The notes below the pieces were generated by a model, which saw nothing but the letters and a program-made list of their open reading frames with translations, was not told the origin of the DNA and made no database searches. Shown piece by piece: positions 1 to 9,664 of a stretch of DNA of 64,000 bases. The translations under genes were made by a program, and so were the position numbers. Each line of letters begins with the position of its first letter. Position 1 is the stretch's first letter. The stretch lies in the NCBI GenBank assembly GCA_965203905.1, contig CBDBDQ010000005.1, positions 5,856,001 through 5,920,000 of the forward strand, in the 5' to 3' direction. Source of the stretch: Spirochaetia bacterium. Lineage in GTDB: Bacteria > Spirochaetota > Spirochaetia > SZUA-6 > Bin103.

Positions 1-982
1 AGCGGTGCTGCTCCCAGATGAACGAGGCCGGCTCGAATCTCAACTCCTCCTCCGGGTGGAACAGGAAGGCGCGGCTGCAGGGAGTGCCCCAGCGGTTGCG
101 GTACGTGACCAGCAGCTTGCCCGACTGCAGCCGGTGCAGCATGGTGCGCTGACCGTACACCGGGGTGAGCGACGGCTCGCTCCAGGTGCGGCCGGAATCG
201 AAGCTGTGCACCAGCCTGCTCGGCTGGCCGAACTTGCCGCCGCCGAACCCGACCCGCGTCATGGCCAGCAGGTGGCCCGGCTCCAGCTCCACCATCCCCA
301 CCTCGCAGTCGCCGTGGTAGGGCGCGTCGGTGACCGGCCCGAACGGCTGCCAGGTCCTGCCGCCGTCGCTGGAGCCCACCGCGACGTTGCGGTAGTAGAT
401 GCTGCCCCACGGCGCGGGCGGATCGTCCATGGCCGGGTACGGCGCCGACTCGGTGCGCGTGTACAGCAGCGTGCCGTCGGCAAGCTCGACGAGGTAGCCC
501 GGCTCCCCGCCCACCTCGTCCACCTGTTGCGGCGCACTCCAGGTACGGCCGTGGTCCTCGCTCCACAGCAGGTAGTTGGCCATGCCGCGCTCCGGGCGCT
601 GCTGCCAGCGGGTCAGCGTCGGCCAGTCCCGGCCCGAGCTGCGGTGGCCCTCGTCCACCAGCACCACCAGCCGGCCGTCGCGCAGCCGGCTGAGCTGCGG
701 CGCCACCCAGCACGCCTGGTGCTGCCAGACGTTGCGGTGGGCGATGGAGCGGTGGCCCTCCCAGGTGCGGCCGCCGTCCGCGGAGCGGGCGCTCATGATG
801 TGGGTGAAGAGCGCGGTGTGGGAGTCGGACAGGCGGTAGGTCGCGACCAGCCCCTCGGGCGTGGCGCGGATGCCCGCCACCGAGTGGTACCAGCCGCGCG
901 GGTTGGGGCACGGGCCGGGCGCCGGGTCACGCCCGTTGTGATCGGCGATCACGAACTTGCTGGAATCGGGAATCGTGCGCAT
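1..982 (-). CDS. BNR/Asp-box repeat exo-alpha-sialidase-like protein (3' end runs off window)
   Basis: Manual translation from ATG 982 (TAATG overlap with upstream stop): MRTIPDSSKFVIADH...SARSADGGRTW...WSEDHGRTWS, i.e. two Asp-box SxDxGxTW motifs. Absent from the ORF track because it has no stop in the window. Confidence 0.75.
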   Translation of the reverse strand, partial: MRTIPDSSKFVIADHNGRDPAPGPCPNPRGWYHSVAGIRATPEGLVATYRLSDSHTALFTHIMSARSADGGRTWEGHRSIAHRNVWQHQACWVAPQLSRLRDGRLVVLVDEGHRSSGRDWPTLTRWQQRPERGMANYLLWSEDHGRTWSAPQQVDEVGGEPGYLVELADGTLLYTRTESAPYPAMDDPPAPWGSIYYRNVAVGSSDGGRTWQPFGPVTDAPYHGDCEVGMVELEPGHLLAMTRVGFGGGKFGQPSRLVHSFDSGRTWSEPSLTPVYGQRTMLHRLQSGKLLVTYRNRWGTPCSRAFLFHPEEELRFEPASFIWEQHR

Positions 983-1893
983 TACCTGATTGTCTCCTGG
1001 AACCGGTCCCGCAGCACCGGTGCGGCCACCTCGGCGGCGAACTCTTCGAGCCGGCGCGGAGGCCGGCCGGTGATCGCTTCCACTTCGCCGGTAACGCGGT
1101 CGAGGTACCCGGTTCGGCCCAACTCGTACAGCAAGGAGATCGACTCCGCCTCCGCCCGCTCCACGCCGCGCGCCAACATCGATTCCAGGTGCTGCTTCGG
1201 GTCTTCATCGTCATAGCGGATGGCAATGCCGGAGTGCTTCGCCAGTATCGAGGCGGCTTCGGCGAGCGTGAACGACTTGCCACCGGTAAGTACCGCCGGC
1301 CGGCCCAGCGGCGGGCTCGCGAGTACCACGGCCGCACAGGCCGCGATGTCCCGCACGTCCACTGCCGAGATTCTGCCGCGACCCATCGGCACGCGAAGGA
1401 CGAGCGACCCCGCCTCGGCCTGCAGCGCATCGAGCAGGTTCGGCATGAAGTAGTGCGGCCGCAGGTGGGTGTAGTGGACGCCGAGGCTCTCGACGTGCTG
1501 CTCGATCGCGTGGTGGGCCTGCGCCCAGGCGAACGGTGCGTCCCGCGCGCTGTCGCTGGAGGAGAGCGAGACGATGTGCGCTACCCCCGCTTCCGCTGCC
1601 GCTCGTGCCGCCCCGGTTGCCTGCTCCACCTGTTGCGGACCATCCGGCGTCAACAGGAACAGCCGGGCGCATCCGCGTGCCGCCCGCTCGACCGTCTCCG
1701 GTTCGGCCAGATCGCCAAGTGAGTACTCGACCGCGAGCCGGCCCAGGACGCCGCGCGCCCGCGCCCGGTCGCGCACCAACGCCCGCACCGAGGCTCCGCC
1801 CGCCGCGAGTTGCCGCACCAGCTCACGGCCCACCGTCCCCGTAGCGCCCAGCACCAGAACGTGGCCGTCGGCAGAGAACCCCTCACCACGCAT
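982..1893 (-). CDS. NmrA-like NAD(P)H-binding SDR oxidoreductase
   Basis: VLVLGATGTVG Rossmann motif, LRPHYFM, VDVRDIA, PRRLEEFA; likely start ATG 1893 (MRGEGF). Confidence 0.85.
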   Translation of the reverse strand: MRGEGFSADGHVLVLGATGTVGRELVRQLAAGGASVRALVRDRARARGVLGRLAVEYSLGDLAEPETVERAARGCARLFLLTPDGPQQVEQATGAARAAAEAGVAHIVSLSSSDSARDAPFAWAQAHHAIEQHVESLGVHYTHLRPHYFMPNLLDALQAEAGSLVLRVPMGRGRISAVDVRDIAACAAVVLASPPLGRPAVLTGGKSFTLAEAASILAKHSGIAIRYDDEDPKQHLESMLARGVERAEAESISLLYELGRTGYLDRVTGEVEAITGRPPRRLEEFAAEVAAPVLRDRFQETIR

Positions 1894-2307
1894 CACGGTT
1901 TCCGGCTGACGATGGTGCCGGCGTCGGCCAGACTGATGCACAGCCGTCGGCGAAGGCGGCAGCCGCAGTGCCGGCGGCCTGGCCCATCGCCATGATCGGC
2001 GCCTGCACCCGCATCGGCCCCAGCACCGGGCGCTCGCAGTTGACGGCACGGCCCGGGCAGATCAGGTTGCCGACCGTCTCCGGCACCATCACCCGGTAGG
2101 GGATCGGAATCACCGGAGGCTTCGGCAGTGACTTGGGGTCGACCGGTCCTCTGCGCCGCGGTTGATGTCCCAGCCATAGGCGGTGTAGCCGATGGTGTCG
2201 TCGGATTCCCGCCGGTCCAGGACATCCTGCACCGACAGGTAGCCGAGCGCCTTGATGCGTCGTGTCTCCCGCACCCCCAGGCTGGAGGCGACCGCGCGCG
2301 TTCTCAT
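1893..2307 (-). pseudogene. Degraded FAD-dependent oxidoreductase (internal deletion plus frameshifts)
   Basis: AGGAG-ATG at 2307 runs almost immediately into the mid-protein motif LGVRETRRI. IPYRVMVP...NLICPGRA...MAMGQAAGTAAA is in a second frame, and ...ADAGTIVSRKP* (TGATG-coupled to the next gene) is in a third. Confidence 0.75.
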
Positions 2308-2341
2308 AGACTCCTCCCTTGAGTGGTTCCGACTCGGCTGG

Positions 2342-2370
2342 ATTTTGCCCGCCCCGGCAGCCGCCGTCAA
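2342..2370 (-). promoter_or_regulatory. sigma70-like promoter for the pseudogene-NmrA-sialidase operon
   Basis: TTGACG-N17-CAAAAT upstream of the AGGAG/ATG at 2307. Confidence 0.5.
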
Positions 2371-2420
2371 CGATTGCGCATGGCCTCAGATGGCTTCAGC
2401 CGTTACGAACCGGTGCCGCG

Positions 2421-2998
2421 CTACCCGCCCTGTCCTTGGCTGAGCGCCCTGTCGAGCAGATCGGTTACGCCGAGAGTGACCGCCCCTCGACGCAGGTAGG
2501 ACCGGTCCAACCGCCGGCCCTGCACTCCGATGATCCCCAGAATGTCGCGCCATTGGCGGTCAGAGGCCTCGTTTCCGAGCCGATACCAGCGCAGCTTCTG
2601 GAGCAGGATGTCTTCGGCCGTGTACACGTAGAGAAAGCGATCCGGTCCGGTGGCGACCTGCAACCGCACGCGCCGTTCCATCTGTTCGTCGTCGAGTGGG
2701 GTGCCGCCGAGGATGAACAGATCGACTTTGGTTGACGTCTCTTTGTGGATCAGGTTGACGCTCGACCGCGTGCGAATCGCGCCGCGCAGAGTCTCCTCGT
2801 CCGAATAGAATCCGTCTCCGAGATTGGCCAGGAAGGGCTCCACGTCCTCCTGCGTCAGCGCGACTACCAGGTCTACGTCCATGGTCGATCACCCGTCACC
2901 GAACTCGCCACCGACCCGCCGACCAGATACCGAACGCCGCAGCGCTCCAGCGCAGCCGCTACCTGCAGCGCCGCCTGAAGCGGTTCCGCAGGAGCCAT
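2421..2998 (-). pseudogene. Frameshifted nucleotidyltransferase (Pol-beta superfamily)
   Basis: N-terminal frame MAPAEP...YLVGGSVASSVTG and C-terminal frame (ST)MDVDLVV...KVDLF...EDILLQKLRWY...QWRDI; frame break near 2888 inside the GS..DxD motif. Confidence 0.7.
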
Positions 2999-3291
2999 CA
3001 GGACTCGATCAACTCGGCTACCTCGGGGTAGACGCGCACCGCGAGCTGCGGGCCGAGCTTGAGTACGGCGAGGCGCAACAGACACTCGTTCACGGAGGCG
3101 TTGGGATGGCGGCTCCGGATACCGGCCAGGGCCAGTTCCTGCGTGGCACGACTGAGGCTATCTACCGCACGCGCCTTTTCAAGGGGTGACATCTGTCGCC
3201 AGAGGCCGATCTGCAATCGCTCGGCCTCCGGCGATGTATCGCGGCTCAGCATGCCGTGCTCCCTGCGGCTCGGCGAGTCAGGCCTGCTCAT
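2998..3291 (-). CDS. Small helical protein coupled to the nucleotidyltransferase (putative antitoxin)
   Basis: DTSPEAERLQIGLWRQMSPLEK...GIRSRHP; TGATG overlap with the NTase start; TACGAT-N7-ATG upstream. Confidence 0.6.
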   Translation of the reverse strand: MSRPDSPSRREHGMLSRDTSPEAERLQIGLWRQMSPLEKARAVDSLSRATQELALAGIRSRHPNASVNECLLRLAVLKLGPQLAVRVYPEVAELIES

Positions 3292-3388
3292 GCGCTGCAT
3301 CGTATCACAAGGCGACCAGCACATGTCCTTCGTCGGGCACGGACCGGCCGAATACGGAAATGAGCTACACTCACGCCGGGCAGCCAGG

Positions 3389-4732
3389 TTGAGGCCGATT
3401 CCGTCGCGACATCCGTTTCACATACACGCGTCACACCGCCTGGAAGTGCTGGCGGCGCGTCTGGCCGACGAGATGCGCCAGAGACCCGGTGACCCGCTGC
3501 TGGCCGAGCGGATCGTGGTGCCGCATCCGATCATGGGGCAGTGGCTGCGGCTGCAACTCGCCACCGAACTCGGTGTCGCGGCACACCTGCGCATCGAGCT
3601 TCCGGCCGAGTTCGCCTGGGCGGCGATGCGCGAGGCGGTGCCAGCACTGTCGGCGGTGCCGGTGTTCGAACCGGCTTATCTGCGCTGGTGGATTTTCGAA
3701 CGTCTGGGCCGCTGGGACGGCGACGACGAGATTGCGCGCTACCTGGCGGACGGCGATCCCCGCAAGCGGTTCGAACTCGCGGACCGGCTCGCAGTCGCGT
3801 ACGACCGTTGCCTCGTGTACCGGCCCGACCACATCCGGGCATGGCAGGCGGGCGGGTCGAGGGGGTGGCACGCGCGGCTGTGGGCGGATCTGGCGGCCGA
3901 CCGGGAGCCGGATCAGCAACCGTCGAGCCTGCATTGGGTCGACGCCGTGGACAGCTACCGCGGCGCGCTCGCCGGCCGAACGGTGCGTCCGCGGGTGAGT
4001 TTCTTCGCCGTCGCCACGATGTCGCCGTCATTCCTGGAGATGCTCCACCTTGCCACTGCGGCGCTCGACATCCACCTGTTCCTGCTCAGCCCGCGCCACG
4101 ATTTCTGGAGCAATCTCCCGGCGCGCACGGACGGCGGCTACTACGCCGAGGAGAACGAGCTGCTGCAGGCATGGGGCAGGCCGGCGCGCGACCTGCAGGC
4201 CCTGTTGGAAGGTCAGCACGCACCAGTTCAGGCGGACCAACCGGCGCCGCAGAAGGAGGCGTTCGGCGACACTTGCCTCGGCGCCGTGCAGGCGGAGATG
4301 AATGGCGCCGCGGCACCGGCGGCACCGCTCGCCCCGGACGACTCCATCCAGATCCATGTCTGTCACTCCCCGGCGCGCGAAGTCGAGGTGCTCCACGACC
4401 GGCTGCTCGGCGTGTTCGAGGCACACCCCGACATCCAGCCGGCGGACGTGCTGGTCCTGACGCCCGACCTCGACACCTATGCGCCGATCATTGCGGCTGT
4501 GTTCGGCGCCGCCGGACAAATCCGCTTCCAGATCGGCCGCCGGCGCTTCATCGAGGGGGCCGCGGTGACCGCGTTCCTCGACCTGTTGGAACTGCCCGGC
4601 TCGCGCTATGCCGCCAACGCGGTGCTGGCGCCGTTGCGCGCCGCATCGGTACGTGCCTGCTTCGGCATCGGCGAAAATGACCTGGAGGGTATCCGCGATG
4701 CGATTGACGCCGCGATTTGGCAGGGGGTATGA
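3389..4732 (+). pseudogene. recC: Exodeoxyribonuclease V gamma subunit, 3'-truncated (about 447 aa of the usual ~1100)
   Basis: HASHRLEVL, IVVPHPIMGQWLRL, LLQAWGR, SIQIHVCHSPAREVEVLHDRLL, DVLVLTPDLDTYAP; stops at AIDAAIWQGV*; no recB/recD follow. Confidence 0.85.
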
Positions 4733-4744
4733 TTATATCATACC
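4704..4744 (+). promoter_or_regulatory. parDE promoter with palindromic operator
   Basis: TTGACG(4704)-N18-TATGAT(4728). The inverted repeat GGTATGAT-tat-ATCATACC (4726-4744) overlaps the -10; GAGGAGG RBS follows. Confidence 0.7.
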
Positions 4745-4756
4745 GAGGAGGACCGA

Positions 4757-5026
4757 GTGTCCGTCAAGACAACGTTGAGTTTCACCGAGCGTCACCATGG
4801 GTTCCTGTTGGCGAAGGTGAGAGAGGGTGTATTCGCCACGCAAAGCGCCGCGGTGGCGGCGGCCATCGAGCAAATGATCCAGGATGAGGCGGAGCGCGAA
4901 GTGGCGCTTTCGGCGCTTGCCGAAGAGATTCGCGCACGCGCCCGCACGCCGCGGTCGGAGTTCGTGGACCGAGAACGCACGTTTTCTTCCTCGCGCGCCA
5001 CGATCGATGCTGCCCGCGAGCGGTGA
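4757..5026 (+). CDS. parD: ParD-family RHH antitoxin
   Basis: 89 aa; TTLSFT...VREGVFATQSAAV RHH-like N-terminus; GTGA overlap with the toxin. Confidence 0.75.
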   Translation: MSVKTTLSFTERHHGFLLAKVREGVFATQSAAVAAAIEQMIQDEAEREVALSALAEEIRARARTPRSEFVDRERTFSSSRATIDAARER

Positions 5027-5337
5027 ATTATCGGATCCGGTTCCATCCGCTGGTGGCACGGGATCTCGACGCAATCGCCCACTGGATCATCGATCACGCT
5101 GGCGTCGTAGTCGCTGAGCGCAAGCTGAACGAGATCGAGCAGACCATCATGGATCATGCTCACCTGCCGCACAGGGGATCTGTCCGAGATGAAATCGTGC
5201 CCGGACTGCGGGCCATCCCAGCGGCGCGACGAGCCGTGATCGCATTCACGGTCGACGACGCTGCGGCGGAGGTGCTCGTTCATGCCGTCACCTACGGCGG
5301 CGCCGACTGGATGGGCCGCACGCGATCGCGCGCATGA
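5023..5337 (+). CDS. parE: RelE/ParE family toxin
   Basis: YRIRFHPLVARDLDAI...PHRGSVRDEIVPGLR...VLVHAVTYGG. Confidence 0.85.
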   Translation: MNYRIRFHPLVARDLDAIAHWIIDHAGVVVAERKLNEIEQTIMDHAHLPHRGSVRDEIVPGLRAIPAARRAVIAFTVDDAAAEVLVHAVTYGGADWMGRTRSRA

Positions 5338-5374
5338 GTACGGCACCGTCGACCAGTGCCCGTTACCAGGAAGA

Positions 5375-6202
5375 TCAGGTGGCGGCGCGGCGGGCGGCGT
5401 CGAGGTTGGCGAAGCAGTGCTCTGCCACCGGCCAGGGATCGTAGTCGTCACGGCCCCAGATCTGCGCACTCACCTCGACGGTAATGGGGACCTCGAGGCC
5501 GGCGGCGCGCACGGCGCGGAGATAGGCAACCAGGTCCAGCCGATCGTCGCCCGGCAGGGCGAACTGCACCTTGCCGTCCACCATGCGCCCATCCTTGATG
5601 TGGGTGTGCACCGAGTAGTCCGCGGTGAGGTCGAGCGACTGCTGCAACTCGATCCCCTGCACCAGGTAGTGGCTGTAGTCGAAGTTGAGCCGTACGCGGG
5701 GATGGTCCACCGCGTCCATCAGCCAGCGCGCCTTGTGCGGCGTGTCCAGCTCCTGGCCGACGTGCGGCTCCACCGCCAGGATGCAGTTTTCCGCAGTGAC
5801 CAGGTCCGCGTAGCGGCGCAGGCGCCCGGCCACCGCCTCCTTCGACGCGTCCCAGGATCCTGCCTGGGGGCCGAGCGTGGTGGTGACTACCGGAGGCCGA
5901 TCTTCCCACGACAGGTCGCGCGCCAGGCGGCAGGTGTCAGCCAGCAGCGAGGCCTTGGCGTTTGTGTCCTCGTCCGAGGCGCACAGGTGGATCAGGTGCA
6001 TGATCACCGGTGGCGGAAAGCCGGCCCCCTGCAACGCATCGCGCAGCCGTAACCGCGCCTCCGTCCCGAACCGTTCCAGGGCCGTGGGCCAAGCGGGCCC
6101 GCAGTTGATCTCCAGCCCTTCGTAGCCGATCTGTCGAACGCGTTCCACGGCGGTGAGCGGATCGACGCCCTGCAGGGCATAGGTGCTGTACGCTATCTGC
6201 AT
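5375..6202 (-). CDS. Sugar phosphate isomerase/epimerase (xylose isomerase-like TIM barrel)
   Basis: GYEGLE, LAVEPH, LNFDYSH, THIKD, ITVE motifs. Confidence 0.85.
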   Translation of the reverse strand: MQIAYSTYALQGVDPLTAVERVRQIGYEGLEINCGPAWPTALERFGTEARLRLRDALQGAGFPPPVIMHLIHLCASDEDTNAKASLLADTCRLARDLSWEDRPPVVTTTLGPQAGSWDASKEAVAGRLRRYADLVTAENCILAVEPHVGQELDTPHKARWLMDAVDHPRVRLNFDYSHYLVQGIELQQSLDLTADYSVHTHIKDGRMVDGKVQFALPGDDRLDLVAYLRAVRAAGLEVPITVEVSAQIWGRDDYDPWPVAEHCFANLDAARRAAT

Positions 6203-6336
6203 GTGGCGACGTTAGCAGACAGCCGGCACCCCTCCAACCCGGCCATAGCAACCCGTGGCGAAACTTCGGCTGGTCGTGCCTTGCCAGCCGGGTGCCTCGC
6301 CGCTCTCGGTGCGCCCCCGGGTTCCGCCACGGGCTG

Positions 6337-7665
6337 CTACGGGAGCCAGCTCGGCGAGCGGCCGGTCAGCGGCGGGCCGACAGCGGTGTCGCTCTCGGTG
6401 TCCCAGAGCACGATCTCGGGTGCGGTGGCGACCGTTTCCAGGGCGATCCGCTGGAAGGTGAGATAGCGGCCATCGCCACTCCATTGTGCGGGGCCGTGGT
6501 CGAAGGCGGTGTCGTCGGTGAGCTGGCGCGCGTTCCCGTCCTGAGGCACCACCCAAACCTGGCCGCCGCCCGCGGCCCCGGGGACGCGCCGCAGCAGGCT
6601 CACCCGCTCACCGTCGGGAGCCCAGCGCAGCCCCCACTCCTCGAAGCGGCTCTCCGGGGCGTCGAGGGTAAGCGATCCGACGCTCAGGATCACCAGCCGG
6701 GTGCGGAAGTGAGGATCGTTCATGTCCACGTCGGTCACGAACAGCTTGCTGCCGTCCCTATTCCATACCGGCGGCTCCCCGGTGCGGCTGGGAATGAAGG
6801 TCGAGGACGCGTCGCTCATTCGCAGCATGCGAACGCCGTTCTCCAGCGGCGCCACCCAGGCCAGCCACTCGCCGTCCGGTGCCCAGCGCGGCTCGAAGCC
6901 GACGAAGCTGGGGTCCTCCAGCACCGGCCGGACCGTGCCGGCGCGGGTGTCCAGCAGGTACAGCCGCGGGGGTCCCGGCAGGGTGCGGCGGGCGAATGCC
7001 GCCTCGCCGCCGGCGGGCGACCAGCGGGGGCCGAAGCAGTCGTCGCTGCCGCAGTCCAGCAGGCGCCGGTGGCCGCTGCCGTCGCGGGCGACGACGAACA
7101 GGTCGTTGCCGTGCTGATCGCGCGGCGCGGAGTACACGATGGCTGAGCCGTCGGCCGCTACGTGGTAGTCCCACAACCCTTCCGGCTGCTCGGTGAGCTG
7201 GCGCGGGCTTCCCTCGAAGCCGGCACTGAACAGTTGGTCCCGGCCCGCGCCGTCGGGTGCCAGGTAGACCACGGCCAGCGCCGCGGTGGTGAACTGCCAG
7301 CTCAGCGGGCGCAGCAGGCGCCGGTTCTGGCTGCTGGCAAGGCCGGGCTCCAATTGCACCGTGTAGGTAACTCCCGGCTGCAGCGGACGCGACGGACGCA
7401 ACGTCAAGGCCCGCGCCGACCAGATCACCTCGCCCGGCGCATCGGGCGTCAGCGTCAGCGGCAGGTCGGTGGCGCGGGCGTCAGGCACCATCGACTGGTC
7501 GAACACCACCCGCGGCCGCACCATGGTAGAGACCTGCTCGGCGTCCGCCGGAGGCCACACCTCGACCACCCGCACGCCGACGCGGTCGCCGATCAGCGCA
7601 ACGGTGGCGGCCGCCACCGCCAGGGCGGCGAGCACCGCCAGCACCCGGCGGTCGAATGGTGTCAT
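6337..7665 (-). CDS. Secreted Ig-like (Big_5-type) domain plus TolB-like beta-propeller protein
   Basis: Signal/TM segment; VVFDQSM, PLQPGVTYTV...WQFTT Ig domain; repeated W(S/A)PDG-type blades. Confidence 0.7.
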   Translation of the reverse strand: MTPFDRRVLAVLAALAVAAATVALIGDRVGVRVVEVWPPADAEQVSTMVRPRVVFDQSMVPDARATDLPLTLTPDAPGEVIWSARALTLRPSRPLQPGVTYTVQLEPGLASSQNRRLLRPLSWQFTTAALAVVYLAPDGAGRDQLFSAGFEGSPRQLTEQPEGLWDYHVAADGSAIVYSAPRDQHGNDLFVVARDGSGHRRLLDCGSDDCFGPRWSPAGGEAAFARRTLPGPPRLYLLDTRAGTVRPVLEDPSFVGFEPRWAPDGEWLAWVAPLENGVRMLRMSDASSTFIPSRTGEPPVWNRDGSKLFVTDVDMNDPHFRTRLVILSVGSLTLDAPESRFEEWGLRWAPDGERVSLLRRVPGAAGGGQVWVVPQDGNARQLTDDTAFDHGPAQWSGDGRYLTFQRIALETVATAPEIVLWDTESDTAVGPPLTGRSPSWLP

Positions 7666-7680
7666 CGCCGAGGGCCCGCC

Positions 7681-8442
7681 TCAGTAGTAGAGATAGGGTT
7701 GTGGCGGCTGCTCGGCCGGCGCCACCTCCGTGGCCACCAGCACCGGTACCCGCTCGTCGAGAAAGGTCTCGACCGCGAACTCGCCGCTCACCCACACCCA
7801 GGCGTCGTCGTCCAGGAAGTCCGCATCGGGCCAGCGCACCGCCAGCCCGATCGGCGCCGCGTCGGCTACGCAGCAACTCAGCAGGAAGCGGCTCACCATG
7901 AAGGTGCCGGTGGGGAACCGTTCGTCGCGGTACACGAAGCCGCGCACCCGCGCCGACTCTCCGGCGAACCGGTTCAGGTCGACGGCGCCGGTGTCCGCCT
8001 GGTGGAACAGCACCAGCCAGTCGAGAACCGTACGTGGACCGCCGGCGTCGGCCCAGGCAGCCTCGGCGGTGCTGGCCAGCCCGGCCGATGCCGGCACCGA
8101 GCCAAGCTGCAGGGCGCGGGTCGCCATGGCATCGGTGCCCAGCGGCCGCGGCGGAATCAGGGCCAGCGCCACCGGCACTGCCAGAAGCAACACTCCCAGC
8201 CACGGCAGCGGGACGCGCGTGTCTGCCGCGCCGTGTCCGCGCCGCAGCTCCGTGGCCAGAACCACCACGCCCAGCACGGCAAGGCACGCGATGGCGATCA
8301 GGGTCAGCCAGCCGTAGCGCAGATTGATGTAGTAGCCCAGCGAGCCGTCCAGGTGGCGTATCGCCAGCACCGCGGCCAACCCCAGCAGCACGCTCCCGCG
8401 GATGACCGCGGCACTGCGCCGGCCGATGCGAAGTGCGCCCAT
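7681..8442 (-). CDS. TIGR03943/YcgQ-family putative permease subunit
   Basis: YYINLRY, GFVYRD, VSRFLLSCCVADA, WVWVSG, PYLY; TGATG-coupled to the upstream permease. Confidence 0.85.
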   Translation of the reverse strand: MGALRIGRRSAAVIRGSVLLGLAAVLAIRHLDGSLGYYINLRYGWLTLIAIACLAVLGVVVLATELRRGHGAADTRVPLPWLGVLLLAVPVALALIPPRPLGTDAMATRALQLGSVPASAGLASTAEAAWADAGGPRTVLDWLVLFHQADTGAVDLNRFAGESARVRGFVYRDERFPTGTFMVSRFLLSCCVADAAPIGLAVRWPDADFLDDDAWVWVSGEFAVETFLDERVPVLVATEVAPAEQPPQPYLYY

Positions 8443-9581
8443 CAGAACCCCACCTGGGTGGCGAGCAGCAGGCACACCACCAGTGTGGCGCCAAGCGGCA
8501 GCGCGATCAGGTAGGTCACCACCCGGGGCCGGAAAATGCTGGCGAACATCAGCGAGCTCTTGATGTCGACCATCGGTCCGAACACCAGGAACGCCAGGAT
8601 CGAGGCCGGCGTGAAGGTGCCGACGAACGACAGGGCGACGAACGCATCGACGGTCGAACACACCGAGATGACGAAGGCCAGCACGCTCAGCACCAGCACC
8701 GAGCTCACCGCACCGCTGCCGATCCCGAGAATCGCTTCCTGGGGCACCAGCGCCTGCAGCGCGGCGGCGAGCAGAGACCCGGCGACCAGGTAGCGGCCCA
8801 CGTCGAACAGGTCGTCCGCCGCGGCACCGACGGCGGCGTGCAACCGCCGCGCCAGTGGTGCGGCCGTGGGCTCTTCCGCGTGATGGTGATGATTATGGCC
8901 ATGGTGATGATCGTGGTGATGGTGATGACTGTGGCCATGGTGATGGTCGTGGCCATGCCCCGGCTTGTCGCGCAGCACCTCATCGGGCCGGGCGGTCCCG
9001 AACAGGAGGGCGATGAGAGTGGCGAAGGCGAAGCTGAGGACGAAGCGCGCCAGCAGCATCTTGCCGGCGCCGAACGCCGTCAGGGTGCTGGCGAACACGA
9101 TCGGATTCACCACCGGAGCGGCGAGCAGGAAGGCCACTCCCACCCGCAACGGCAGCCCCTTGGCCAGCAGCCGGCGGACCACGACGACGATCCCGCACTC
9201 GCACACCGGCAGCGCGATGCCGAGCGCCGCCCCGGCCAGCGCGCCGAGCACCGGGTGGCGCGGAATCAGCCGCGCCAGCACCTCGGGGCGGACGAATACC
9301 TCCACGAACCCCGACGCCACGGCACCCGCCAGCAGGAACGGTGCCGCCTCGATGAAGATTCCGAGGAAGATCGTGGCGAAGGTATGCAACCGGTCGGGAA
9401 CGGACACGGGAGCGGCAAACGCCGCGTCGATCGATGCCTGCCGCGTGGCGACGAGCCACGCCACCAGCAGCGCCAGAGTCGCCAGCACCACTGCCCAGCC
9501 GATCCAGGTCGTGCGTTCGCGTCGTGCCGATTCGAGTCCGCTGCCACGGATCTTTTTCGTCAGGTGGTGCTGCAGTGACAT
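8442..9581 (-). CDS. DUF318/YcgR-family permease with His-rich loop
   Basis: [38 protein letters not shown]; TATAAT-N7-ATG at 9581. Confidence 0.85.
   Translation of the reverse strand: MSLQHHLTKKIRGSGLESARRERTTWIGWAVVLATLALLVAWLVATRQASIDAAFAAPVSVPDRLHTFATIFLGIFIEAAPFLLAGAVASGFVEVFVRPEVLARLIPRHPVLGALAGAALGIALPVCECGIVVVVRRLLAKGLPLRVGVAFLLAAPVVNPIVFASTLTAFGAGKMLLARFVLSFAFATLIALLFGTARPDEVLRDKPGHGHDHHHGHSHHHHHDHHHGHNHHHHAEEPTAAPLARRLHAAVGAAADDLFDVGRYLVAGSLLAAALQALVPQEAILGIGSGAVSSVLVLSVLAFVISVCSTVDAFVALSFVGTFTPASILAFLVFGPMVDIKSSLMFASIFRPRVVTYLIALPLGATLVVCLLLATQVGF
8880..8957 (-). repeat. CAT/CAC-rich low-complexity tract encoding a poly-His loop
   Basis: Encodes [26 protein letters not shown]. 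Confidence 0.85.
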
Positions 9582-9616
9582 CGGCGGCATTATAGCGTGC
9601 CGCACACGCCCGCAAC

Positions 9617-9658
9617 TTGACCGCTGCGGCGGCGGCAGTTAGGTTCCCAGGCAAGGAG
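9617..9658 (+). promoter_or_regulatory. Ferritin promoter and RBS
   Basis: TTGACC-N17-TAGGTT, then AAGGAG 6 nt before ATG 9665. Confidence 0.55.
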
Positions 9659-9664
9659 CGCAGC

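Noticed and set aside
5-1216. Long plus-strand ORF and many similar long ORFs (e.g. 17095-19173, 21317-23617, 26930-29098, 45763-47637, 51940-54006)
   Set aside because: Antisense or alternate-frame shadows of real genes in high-GC DNA; R/A/P/G-rich with no family motifs.
8880-8957. Tandem repeat or CRISPR-like array
   Set aside because: These are His codons within the permease; no repeat-spacer periodicity was seen here or elsewhere in the window.
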